A DNA stretch of 24,156 nucleotides from Calditrichia bacterium (lineage in GTDB: Bacteria > Calditrichota > Calditrichia > JAJRVZ01): positions 1 to 24,156 of the forward strand of contig CAVZSQ010000009.1 of the NCBI GenBank assembly GCA_963777955.1, read 5' to 3'. The notes below the pieces were generated by a model. The model worked only from the letters and a program-made list of their open reading frames with translations. It ran no database searches and was not told the DNA's origin. Position numbers and translations under genes: made by a program. Below, one piece after another: positions 10,608 through 20,438 of this stretch (positions are counted from its first letter, which is position 1; every line of letters begins with the position of its first letter).

Positions 10608-11391
10608 TTAAAACTTTATCTCAAATGATACCTGTACCTGACTGGTAATTGAAATTGTCTGGGCAAAAACTCCAGATCCCTGGCTCTCATAGACCTCCTG
10701 TTCCTGAGTAAACTCCGGTGACGAAGGGGGATTGAAAGGATTTTCCGAGTATGAGTATCGTGACATTGCATAAAAAGCAGGTCGATAGTATTGAGGTACT
10801 TTTGGCCCAACCTTGGTTGGTTGCTTTTCATCAATATTCATTACCCGGCCCAGGGTCACACCCAGGGCAGCAGCAATATCTTCCGCTTTTTCTTTAGCTT
10901 TAAGTGTGGCTGCAATTCTAGCTTTCCGGCGACAGCCAGAGCTCGTCTTTCAGACTAAAACTGATATTGGATATACCTTCCAGTTCTCCTTCACTGATCG
11001 TATACAAAATCGAATCCATTATCTTCAGGCTGTCTACCGTCACTTGTGTGACTAAAACTGCTTTGTAATCACGCTTGGAAGTCCAGAAGGCTTTGTCGCC
11101 CAGGTTTTCACCGCTATAAAACTGGGATGTTGATATTTTATCAGTTACCACGCCCAGACGACGTAATCGGTTTGTTATGGTTTTGACTTTGATATTCGCA
11201 TCTTCCACTGCCTGGCGTAATGAATGACCTACCCCCTTTACCGAGAATGTGAAAGACGCCTGGTCTGCCACTTCTTTCAACTCAACGCTACCCAAAACGG
11301 TGATTTGATTAGATTGGTTTTGATTTTCCTGTCCATGGATGGAAGCGACAAACAGGAAAAGAATAAAAATAATAGATCTGTTTCGATTCAT
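10608..11391 (-). CDS. SIMPL (DUF541) domain exported protein, frameshift near 10935
   Basis: Signal peptide, ITVLGSVELKEVADQA and ISFSLKD; shifted frame RRKARIAATLKAKEKAEDIAAALGVTLGRVMNIDE ending ...ITSQVQVSFEIKF. Confidence 0.85.
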
Positions 11392-11461
11392 TATTCTTTT
11401 CTCCTTCGTTTATTTAGAATGCTTTCACAAACGATCAATTAGAAAAATAAGAATATAGCAA

Positions 11462-11620
11462 TCAGTAATTATTTTTCTTTATAAATTTATAAATACTATT
11501 CAATTCGGGTGTATTCAACGTATGGGGTATGGTAAGACATGCACAGGCGGCTACTGCCGAGGCAAAATTGATAATTTTTTCATCGGTCCAGGACTTGAGC
11601 AGCTTGAAGACTATGTACAT
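11462..11620 (-). pseudogene. 52-codon ORF resembling only the C-terminus of a PfkB-family carbohydrate kinase
   Basis: Manual translation MYIVFKLLKSWTDEKIINFASAVAACACLTIPHTLNTPELNSIYKFIKKNNY*; resembles the PfkB segment after the DxxGAGD motif, which is absent here. Confidence 0.55.
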
Positions 11621-11623
11621 AAA

Positions 11624-12147
11624 TTAAAACCAGGTGCTTCGACGGTAATGGAGATATTCTTCTCCGAAAGTTGCGACCAGATGGTTATCCTCCAGGTGTT
11701 GCCAGTAAAGAACATTAGCGATTCCGATCAAGTCCAGCCATGAAACTGGCCACTGCACCATGGTAAACAGCCCAACCGATGATCCATAGGATAAAACCCA
11801 GGTACATGGGATGCCGGACAAACGCGAATAATCCTGTGGTCACCAGGTGATCTATATTTTCCACGCCCCTGAGTTGAAAAAGTGCACCCAGAGCCAATAC
11901 TCAATCCCAGAATAAACATTCCAAGACCGGTAAATGCAAGCCAGGAGGGCAGGGTGAGTTTTAATGGATCCAGAGGACACATTTCAAACCAACTCATCCA
12001 TAGTGCGAACATGGTAAACAGAATTACAATAAAAAGAGGCTTGCTCTTTGGGTCCGCTTTTCCGGCCTTTTTAAATAATTCGTAACTGGTGCGTATCAGC
12101 AGACTGATAATAAAGAGGAATAATAGAACAACATAAGTGCAATTCAT
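11624..12147 (-). CDS. Isoprenylcysteine carboxyl methyltransferase/PEMT-like membrane methyltransferase, two frameshifts
   Basis: TM helices, LVTTGLFAFVRHPMYLGFILW and EDNHLVATFGEEYLHYRRSTWF across three ORF pieces. Confidence 0.85.
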
Positions 12148-12183
12148 GCAACGCCGCCTTTGAAGAGTCTGTCTTCATGGTTA

Positions 12184-12693
12184 TTATATCATGTCTATTT
12201 TTAAATTCGTTTTTCTGATCCAGCGGGGAGCCGAATCGACAACCTGGCGAAGAATAAGATTCAGTTGTGCAGTATGGTGCTGTACATGACGCATATTGTA
12301 TAGCAGCAACTCGGCGACCGTCACCTCAGGGGTATCGAAAGCACAGCGCTGACTCACCTGCCCGTCGGTCAGTGCTTTAATCTTCATTCGACATTTCTGT
12401 CGGCCATATTCAAGATAAGTTTGCATTTCGTTTTTTGTATAAGGTCGTTCGGGCATTATCCCGGCCGGGTCCAATTCATCAAGGGTATAAGGAGCAGGAG
12501 GAACGAATCCGGCTTCTGTATCAGACAGATAAAAATCCAGAAAGAAAAGGGTATGAAAGGCAATATACCAGAACTCCGGTTTACGTGATCCGTCGTACCA
12601 TAATTCTTCGGGACAGGCGCCTATGGCATTTTCCAGCATGTCAATAGCCGCTCCAAACTGCTGCCAGATGATTATTTTCCATGTAGTAACCAT
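12184..12693 (-). CDS. DinB/YfiT-like family protein
   Basis: Intact 169-aa ORF; QFGAAIDMLENAI, FWYIAFHTLFFLD and ELLLYNMRHVQHHTAQLN (His metal motif). Confidence 0.85.
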   Translation of the reverse strand: MVTTWKIIIWQQFGAAIDMLENAIGACPEELWYDGSRKPEFWYIAFHTLFFLDFYLSDTEAGFVPPAPYTLDELDPAGIMPERPYTKNEMQTYLEYGRQKCRMKIKALTDGQVSQRCAFDTPEVTVAELLLYNMRHVQHHTAQLNLILRQVVDSAPRWIRKTNLKIDMI

Positions 12694-12707
12694 TTATGAC
12701 AACTCTG

Positions 12708-12866
12708 CTAATAAAAGACAGCGCTCTTACCGTACCAGGTGGTGATCTCAAAGCCCGGTACCTCGGTATAAAATTTCACCGAACGCTCAAGATTGGAAAC
12801 TTTGAGGTGGATATGCCCTATAGTTGTCCTGCGGTCAATGGGCTGTTCCGGTTTCAGCGCGGCCAT
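12708..12866 (-). pseudogene. Truncated VOC/glyoxalase (CatE-like) gene, N-terminal 52 codons only
   Basis: Manual translation [52 protein letters not shown]; typical VOC first strand and helix; the DinB ATG follows 15 nt later, leaving no room for the rest. Confidence 0.75.
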
Positions 12867-13418
12867 AACCAGCCAAAAGTTCCTGCGGTCAGCAGGGCAT
12901 AGATCAAGCCATCAACAGTAATCCTGAGGGTAGTACTCCAGGGCCGGCGGTACCAGATCGACATCTGCCATAGTGCAGCGGCATAACCCAGAAATGCGGT
13001 TGTACCGGCAAATCTGAATACAGAAAGATAAGCGGCACCGGCTGGTAAGGCGCGTCCGGTTACATAGGCGGCAAAAATTCCGATGACCACGGTATAGAAA
13101 AACCACAAGATCAATTCTTTGCCCATACCGGTCTGTCCCGTTCGGCCAGATTGACAGCATTCTTACCGGACCTTTTTTCATATTTTCAATGTATTCTGCG
13201 GATTCCATTTCTTTGGTACTGGCAGCATGCGGTACCATATAGTCCCCCGGGTGGTATGTTGAGCGGACGCAGCGTTTCTATGAACTTTATCCTCGATCAG
13301 GTAATTTCCGGTAATCGTTCTTATGCCATGGTAAAAACATATGTATCAGTGAACTTACCACAAAAACAAATACGGATGATAAGAGGATGGGCAGCCAAAG
13401 CATTTGCAAAGTAACCAT
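12854..13418 (-). CDS. Conserved hypothetical integral membrane protein, several frameshifts
   Basis: AGGAG then [13 protein letters not shown]; ...[16 protein letters not shown]...MKKGPV...; [11 protein letters not shown]...[20 protein letters not shown]. Confidence 0.75.
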
Positions 13419-13551
13419 CACGATTCTCCTTCCATTTATAGTTAAGGTTGCAGTTGTTTTATGATTGAATACTGAAGTTATTCAGCTTTAAAATATCAAC
13501 CATACAGCAGGAGAAATTATTCCATATCGATTTATTGTTATTTAACAATAT

Positions 13552-13914
13552 TTATTTTTCTGTCCTGGGGGAATTGTAACCTTTTCCGCCAAAGGGCTGA
13601 AGTTTCTCCAGCCACAATTCTTCCAGAACTTTTAAATCCCGGGTATAATCGTAGGCCGGATCTTCTTTTTCCGGCAGATAATCGATTATTTCAAAAACAA
13701 AATTTGACTCGCCGTATTTGATATAATCATCCTGCAAATCTTTATTCTGATGTGAACCAAGTTTCAGTTGAAATTTATGGCGATTGTCGAAGACCTGCAG
13801 ATTTTTACTGCTGCCGATATATATCTTTTCGTTGATTAAATTCCTGATTTGATAAATCCCCATCAGTGGGATTTTCTGCTTGTACTGCTTGCTTAATTCT
13901 TTGCGGTCGGTCAT
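13552..13914 (-). CDS. Small stand-alone GIY-YIG nuclease-family protein
   Basis: Intact 120-aa ORF; MGIYQIRNLINEKIYIGSS, HQNKDLQDDY...G...FVFEII and EELWLEKLQP...GYN. Confidence 0.85.
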   Translation of the reverse strand: MTDRKELSKQYKQKIPLMGIYQIRNLINEKIYIGSSKNLQVFDNRHKFQLKLGSHQNKDLQDDYIKYGESNFVFEIIDYLPEKEDPAYDYTRDLKVLEELWLEKLQPFGGKGYNSPRTEK

Positions 13915-13925
13915 TTATTTATTTT

Positions 13926-15333
13926 TTAAAAATAACTCGAACCATCCCAGCAGTGTGTACAGAGTTTTTCCTTTGGGCAGTCCGATGGCCTGGACCAGGT
14001 CTTCGAGTTTCTGATACATCAGGGTGGTAAAATCGAGTCTTTTCCTGATCTGTTCCACCATCAACTGGTGCTTGCCGTTATTGGTATCGGCGTATTCCCG
14101 GATTTCAAATTCTTCTTTACCTTCAATCTCTTTTACGGCGGTGTGCGTGGCCAGATCGAGATTGGAACGGGAACGGCTGAAATTCAGGAATTCGCAGGGG
14201 AAGGACAGGGGCGGACAGGCAATGCGCATATGCACTTCCTTGATTCCGGCCTGATGCAAATCACGTACATTGTCTTTCAACTGGGTTCCCCGTACGATGG
14301 AATCGTCCAGGAATATCCCGCGTTTATCTTTGATAATCGATTCGTTAGGGATCAATTTCATTTTGGCTACCAGGTCGCGCGTTGTCTGACTTTGCGGCAT
14401 AAAACTGCGCGGCCAGGTGGGAGTGTATTTGGTATAGGGACGTTTGAGTGGAATATCTCTTTCACTGCTATAACCTATAGCATGACCAATACCCGAATCA
14501 GGGATACCCGTTACAAAATCTGCTTTGACCAAATCTCTGCGAGCCAGAGCGGCACCGCAACGATAACGACATTCCTCAACATTTATATCTTCATAAGCTG
14601 ACGGCGGATATCCGAAGTAAACCCACAGGAATGCGCAGATCTGCATCTGCTCATTGGACTTGCGCAGTTGCTCATAGCCTTCAGCCGTAATTTGCACGAT
14701 CTCTCCGGGACCCAGATACTTTTCAATTTCAAAGTTCAGATTCGGAAAAGCGCATGTTTCAAAAGTTGCGGCGTAGGCTCCTTCTTTCTTGCCCAGCACG
14801 ATAGGCGTGCGGCCGAGTTTATCCCGGGCAGCGATGATACTATCTTCGGTCAGGATCAGGATGGAGCAGGAACCTTTGACCAGGCTATAGACATTTTCTA
14901 TTCCGGACACAAAATCATCCCCTTCGGCGATAAGCATGGCGATGAGTTCAGTAGGATTGATTGTGCCGTGACTGAGTTCCGAGAAGGTACGACGTTGTTT
15001 CAGGCAGCGTTTCTCCAATTCGGAGATGTTTACAATTTTGCTTACCGAGGCCACGGCAAAACGTCCCATATGCGAGGTCACCAGAATAGGCTGCGCTTCG
15101 GTATCGCTGATCACGCCAATGCCCAGGTTTCCGGAAAATTCGGTTAAATTAGTTTCGAATTTGTTTCTGAAATATCCGTCTTCCAGGCTGTGGATCGCGC
15201 GTTGAAATCCTTTTTCGGGGGAAAAGAAAGCCATACCGGCCCGGCGTGTTCCCAGGTGAGAATGGTAATCGGTGCCGTAGAATACATCCAGTACACAGGA
15301 TTCTTTTGATATACTGCCGAAAAAACCGCTCAT
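13926..15333 (-). CDS. purF: Amidophosphoribosyltransferase (PurF), Fe-S type, N-terminal Ser in place of the catalytic Cys; one extra base near 13972
   Basis: ARDKLGRTP, ICAFLWVYF, GIPDSG, RSFMP, FLDDSIVRGTQ (PRPP loop) and RIACPP..PC; removing one A restores LPKEKLCTHCWDGSSYF* (TAA at 13926-13928). Confidence 0.9.
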
Positions 15334-15337
15334 AATA

Positions 15338-15404
15338 CTCCTTCTTTTCCTAAACCAATCAAGGTGAAGAAGGAATGATCATATACTGCAAAAATTATAT
15401 GATC
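15338..15404 (-). promoter_or_regulatory. purF upstream region: AAGGAG RBS and a 9-bp inverted repeat overlapping a TATAAT hexamer
   Basis: GATCATATA (15377-15385), N10, TATATGATC (15396-15404); minus-strand TATAAT at 15394-15399; RBS at 15338-15343. Confidence 0.4.
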
Positions 15405-15499
15405 TGATGATCAGGTCAGAATTTTCTGATTGCTTTTTAATTATTCTGGTTGAAAGATGTTGAATAAGGGTACGAGTTTGCAGGGTTGAATACGAGCTT

Positions 15500-16254
15500 C
15501 TATTTTTTACAAATGATGATGAAATCTTTTGAATTTGCGTCTAATTCTTTCCCGTGGTAATGTACCAAGATTTTATAATTTTTAAAAGCAAGATCTTTCG
15601 ATCAGATGTTCCAATTCGTATCTGAAAAAGAACGCATCGGGAATTTGCCTCTTTTCATGTTTTAATCCATCAACCTCGTCCCATTCGAGGCGGAAAGTAA
15701 TATTGATCAGCTGGTTCAGCAGATCCGGCTTAGTCGACACAGTTCTTTTGATTATTTTACCCGGTTCGTATTCTCCTTAAAATCGATATGGTTATCGAAT
15801 CGATTTATAGTTGCCGCAAATCCGGTACGAAAGTATCGAAAATAAATTTACCATTGGATTCAAATGCCGGTAAACATTATTAAGTGCCGCGAGTTGCTTC
15901 ATTTTTATCCAGCAGGTGCATCATGACCCGAAACGGTGCTACTATTAATTCGAATTGCTCATCATAATGGAAGTTTACCAAGTTCTGGAGGCTGATGCGT
16001 TTATGGTGTTCGGGCGTGAGTTTGTCCAAGCAGCACGTCAATCATTGATTCACTTATATCCAATCCGTAAATATCCACACCCTGGTTCAAAGCTTCGACA
16101 AGAATCTTCCGGTACCGCTGCCGATTTCCAGTACTCTCCCCTTGACCTGTTTAAGTTCCTGCAGAAAAAATTCTTTATCGACGCTGTCCCTTAACTGCTG
16201 ATAGATCAGGTCGTAAAACCTGGCATAAGTTGCCGGATAATTGACAAATTTCAT
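15500..16254 (-). CDS. Class I SAM-dependent methyltransferase, heavily frameshifted and absent from the ORF track
   Basis: MKFVNYPATYARFYDLIY...RVLEIGSGTGR (motif I)...GLDISESM...FELIVAPFRVMMHL...GKFIFDTFVPD...FRYELEHLIERS...SKDFIIICKK*; ATGA overlap with the upstream gene. Confidence 0.75.
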
Positions 16255-17148
16255 ATTATGTATTCACCTTTAATTCTGGTTATCGCGCTGCCGCCGAATA
16301 GGACCCGTAAATTTTTCCGGGTATCAGGCTTTTTACGCAATTTTATAATGTTATAATTAGCGCTTAATCCATTTTGTTCGATTATAATCGTATCTTTTTT
16401 CCATTTATCCAAACCGAGCAGGTAATATCCGAAAGCCGAATTACCAGAACCGGTGGCCGGGTCTTCCATGTACCCGAAGATTGGGGCAAAGACCCGCGTC
16501 CTGTAATCACTTAATTTATCTAGCGACTTCGCTGCTAAAAACCTCTATAATATCAACCGCTGATGCTAAACAAAATTCTTTAAGTTCGGTGAAGTCGGGT
16601 GAAATATTAAGAAGACATTCAAGAGTCCTGATGGGAACGATCAGGGTGGTCAAACCGGCATTGATTATCTTAACCGGCCAGCCAGGATCGAAGTCCGCTG
16701 CTGAAATTTTCAGTTTGACTGAAATAGTGTTTAAAACCGGAATTTCGGTTTTTTTCTTCGGGGAGGGGAGACATAATAAAAACAGAATCTTCATCCTTTA
16801 TCCGGTTTTCCACCTCCAGTTCTCCTTTATTGGTCCATATTTTCAACAGATCATGTTTTCATCAACTCTTCATTATTCTTGATTAAATCATACATGATAG
16901 CAATCGTGGCATGACCGCAAAAATCGACTTCCCTTTCTGCTGAATAATACTTTAAGTCAAAACGATTTTCTCCGCTTTGAAATATGAATCCAACTTCATT
17001 CACAAAACCTTTCAATTCTCTGGCAATCTGCAGCATTTCAGGTTCGGAAATATCGTTTTTAGAATCAGAGCCAGATATATCCGGCCGGATTTCCTGCGGA
17101 TTTTCGGGTAGCAAAAGCATCAATCTTTTTAAATTTAAAATTTTTCAT
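16251..17148 (-). CDS. PhzF-family (diaminopimelate epimerase-like) isomerase, several frameshifts
   Basis: MKNFKFKKIDAFATRKSAGNPAG, NEVGF, YYSAEREVDFCGHATIA, NAGLTTLIVP and EDPATGSGNSAFG. Confidence 0.85.
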
Positions 17149-17203
17149 AGCTGGTCTTTAAAAATATATCTTTTGAATATTATCAATTGTTGGTTGGAAA
17201 TAT

Positions 17204-17806
17204 TCAGCCATTAAATGATTTGATTATCTTATCAATAGTCGCTTCTGCCTCAGACAACCATTGCTTTCGTTGCTGTTCAGTACTATCCGCGATTATTTTA
17301 AAAGTTTTCCGATAATATCTGTTAATACCGCAAAAATCAAAAACGCATTGTTTCCAGATCCTTTCCAGGGGATCACCAAAGTACTTTTCTTCTCTTCTTC
17401 GGCTGTATTGGAAGTATTGAAAACGATACCGTATTTTCCCTGCAATTTTCCGATAGCTATTCCACCCCCCGAGTCTCCCGGCGGAAAATCATAACAGTAG
17501 GTGGGGCGGAACACCCGGTCGATGTACCCTTTCAAAATGGCCGGGGGTTGCCCCCACCAGTTGGGATGAATAATAACAAGAATATCCGACTGCAGCAGCT
17601 CCCTGGCATATTGATTAACCAGTTTATCCTTGGAGACATCGGAACCTAATTCGTCACGGGTTAAAAGCGGATTGAAATTTTCCTCATATAAATCATGAGC
17701 ATGGGTGGTAATGTTCTAGTTGTTTTAATCTTAAACATACACTTTTAAAAATTGCATGGTTGAAACTCTTGTCATACGGATGTGCCAGGATTACACTCGC
17801 AATCAT
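17204..17806 (-). CDS. Flavodoxin-like NAD(P)H dehydrogenase (quinone) family protein (MdaB/KefF-like), frameshifted
   Basis: MIASVILAHPYDKSFNHAI, HDLYEENFNPLL, IIHPNWWGQPPAILKGYIDRVFRP and NTSNT; ends ...QRKQWLSEAEATIDKIIKSFNG*. Confidence 0.85.
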
Positions 17807-17905
17807 AATAATCCTTTCATTATCAGATTGTCAGGTTAGTACGTTATTGAAGGATAAGATATACGATTACCTTGAATCAGGATCAAGACTTTTTTTGACC
17901 AGGAC

Positions 17906-19903
17906 TTATTGCTTTACCTTTTTAAATCTGATATTCCTGACCCTTTCATTGGTTATATAGAATTCATTGCTGACCGGATCAAAATCTATCAGGGAGAAAT
18001 ACCATCGATCACCTTTAAATCGATCCTTATTGACAGGGATCAACCTGATCGCCCCATTGAGGTCATGATGAGCAACCAGAAAATTTTCCATTTGCCGGAT
18101 CTGGTAAAAAGTATTCAATTCTTCGCTGTAATACTTCCCTGAATAGGATTTTAAATCCCGGAATTCTTCAGGCATCCGGCTGATCTTTCGGCTGATTTCC
18201 TTTTTCCCTTCCTGGCAGGAGATCATTTTTTCAACCTGATCAGAGTCGCTATTTTTTACAAATGAGAATTTAATATCCGCTTCCTTAATAAAGAAAACTG
18301 AATCCGACAGGGCATATAGCTCTGCTTTGACCGCTCCGGGTGAATCAATAAACAATCCATTCGATTCCCTGGTAATATTTATAATTATCCCGGAATCATG
18401 TAAATATTTACCCTGCAGGTTCATTAAAACTTTGTTATCTACTTTAACTGGTTTATACGGATTCTGGTAATCAAATGCCACCGGTTCAGTCGAAGTGAAA
18501 TGATTACTTAAAAAGATGTCGGCAATCTGCCGGGCCCGGCCATATACTCCGGCATATATAAAGTTACTTAAAATAATAATTCCAAATTTCTTTTCAGGGA
18601 AATGAATTATCTGGCTTGTATAACCATATCCACCACCGCCATGCCAGTAATATTCCAGTCCTTTATAATTACCTGATACACGTCCGAACGTATAAAAATT
18701 TGTACTGTCCTTATCTATAGAAATTTGATTCGATTTTAATCTGGAGATGATTTGTTCATTTCCTACCTTCGGATAATCAAAATTTATCAGCCATTTGGCC
18801 ATGTCTTCGACCGTTGAAAAAACATTACCTGCTCCGATATACCAGTTTTTGTCGAGTTGTTCCTTTTTATAGTTACCGTTATTATCATGAGTATAGGACC
18901 AGGCAAAATCGCTGATAAGTCTATCCGGATTATAAAATAAGTACGTATCATTCATCCCCAGGGGACGGAAAATATTTTCTGTCATCCAATCTATATAGGA
19001 TTTATTGGTAATCCGTTCGATTATCTCTGCCAGTAATATGTAACCCGTATTACAGTAAACATATTCGCTACCCGGATTAAAATTCAGTTCTTTTTGCTGA
19101 TAGATTAATTTCAGTACATCTGTCTTACTAACCGGACCACCGGCTCTTTTCCCGGATATTTCCAACAGATCAGTTATTTCACGCAATCCACTGGAATGGT
19201 TGAGTAAATTGGCCAAAGTGATTTTACTGTCAAAATTATATAACTCCGGTACATATATATGAACATCATCAGCGATAGATAATTTCCCTTGTTGTTCCAA
19301 TAATGCTATGGCGAAAGCTGTAAACTGTTTGCCGATCGAACAAATATTCAGACGGGTTGAAGGTTCGATGGGTGTTTTATTATCAAAATTTGCAATCCCG
19401 AATCCATTTTTATAAATAGTATTTCCGTTTTCCACAATCGCCACTGCCGCACCGGCCCGATAATCGTTGTCGAATTCAGCAAATAGTTGATCGACTAATT
19501 CATCTTTGGTATTATTTGTTTCTATATTTTTTTCTAATCCAAGGCTATATCTGCCAGCCGTTGCCATAGGATTAAAGGATTTAACCAAAATTTTATACTC
19601 GCCCGGTTGTGCAGCGGTGAAAGAAACGAATTCGGGACCGCTCTTCAGATTATCAATCTCCCGCAATACCATATTTTGAGGATCTAAGATTTTAATACAT
19701 ATATCTATACCCATTTGAAATAAACTGGCGAATATAAACCGGTTTTTATCCAATCGGATATAAAAGGTGTCAATTTGACCACCGGCTATATTTGTGTCGA
19801 TCCTTTGATCAGAAAGTAGAAATTTAGATTGAATCTCCTTCTCCTGATGACAATCTATTAGGACAAAAGAGATAAAAATGGGAAGGTATAAGATTTTTTT
19901 CAT
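17906..19903 (-). CDS. Serine hydrolase (beta-lactamase class C/D-aminopeptidase-like) with an N-terminal PPC-like extension and C-terminal accessory domains
   Basis: Intact 665-aa ORF; SIGK (SxxK), LLNHSSGL, FNPGSEYVYCNTGY (YxN) and WHGGG; signal-like N-terminus. Confidence 0.9.
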   Translation of the reverse strand: MKKILYLPIFISFVLIDCHQEKEIQSKFLLSDQRIDTNIAGGQIDTFYIRLDKNRFIFASLFQMGIDICIKILDPQNMVLREIDNLKSGPEFVSFTAAQPGEYKILVKSFNPMATAGRYSLGLEKNIETNNTKDELVDQLFAEFDNDYRAGAAVAIVENGNTIYKNGFGIANFDNKTPIEPSTRLNICSIGKQFTAFAIALLEQQGKLSIADDVHIYVPELYNFDSKITLANLLNHSSGLREITDLLEISGKRAGGPVSKTDVLKLIYQQKELNFNPGSEYVYCNTGYILLAEIIERITNKSYIDWMTENIFRPLGMNDTYLFYNPDRLISDFAWSYTHDNNGNYKKEQLDKNWYIGAGNVFSTVEDMAKWLINFDYPKVGNEQIISRLKSNQISIDKDSTNFYTFGRVSGNYKGLEYYWHGGGGYGYTSQIIHFPEKKFGIIILSNFIYAGVYGRARQIADIFLSNHFTSTEPVAFDYQNPYKPVKVDNKVLMNLQGKYLHDSGIIINITRESNGLFIDSPGAVKAELYALSDSVFFIKEADIKFSFVKNSDSDQVEKMISCQEGKKEISRKISRMPEEFRDLKSYSGKYYSEELNTFYQIRQMENFLVAHHDLNGAIRLIPVNKDRFKGDRWYFSLIDFDPVSNEFYITNERVRNIRFKKVKQ

Positions 19904-19980
19904 CGACCGAGGTGAATTTGTGATAGGTGATGTATTGGCTTACCAGGCGTAAATTAGCACTATCCAGGTAATAAGAGCGA

Positions 19981-20438
19981 TTAGTTCTTTTTAATACCCG
20001 TCCAGGTAATCAGCACTAAAGCAATTAATTCTGCTGTCGTACGCATGATATGGAATGACCACCATTGATCCCGGATCTCGGACCAGTTTGCCGGAAGGGA
20101 AGAGGAGGTCCAAGTCATAATCATATGGTTGAGTGGTTGGTTTCCAAACCTGGAGATAATAATACAGGAAATAAAAAATGCAGCGGCAATAAGTAATGTG
20201 ATAAATACAGATTTATCACTTTTCTGCAGCCAGGCCGAAAGTAGAGTAATTACAGTTGCTATAATCACCAGCGAAATCATTAATACGTTGAGTGAACCAA
20301 GCATGTTCTGCTGTTGCTCAACATAGGCAGCAGGCGATAAATTTACGGGATTCGAAACTCGATCCATATTCCAAAACTGGTCCCGGCAAGTATTGCCGCC
20401 AGGATAATATTTATAAATCTCAAGATTGGTTTATACAT
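19981..20438 (-). CDS. DUF1772 (anthrone oxygenase-like) membrane protein, frameshift near 20355
   Basis: MYKPILRFINIILAAILAGTSFGIW joins LSPAAYVEQQQ...RFGNQPLN...PANWSEIRDQWWSFHIMRT. Confidence 0.8.

Noticed and set aside
14068..15147. Longer plus-strand ORFs (177 and 159 aa) and other plus-strand ORFs
   Set aside because: They are antisense shadows of well-supported minus-strand genes and carry no recognisable motifs.
15450..15499. Short repeats (GTTGAA x3, TACGAG x2) as a CRISPR remnant
   Set aside because: The units are far too short and irregularly spaced, and no cas genes are present.
17850..17890. MerR-type promoter (TTGATC-N19-TATCTT with CTTGA-N7-TCAAG dyad) before the oxidoreductase
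   Set aside because: The arms are only 5 bp, the dyad is not centred in the spacer, and there is no MerR gene in the window.
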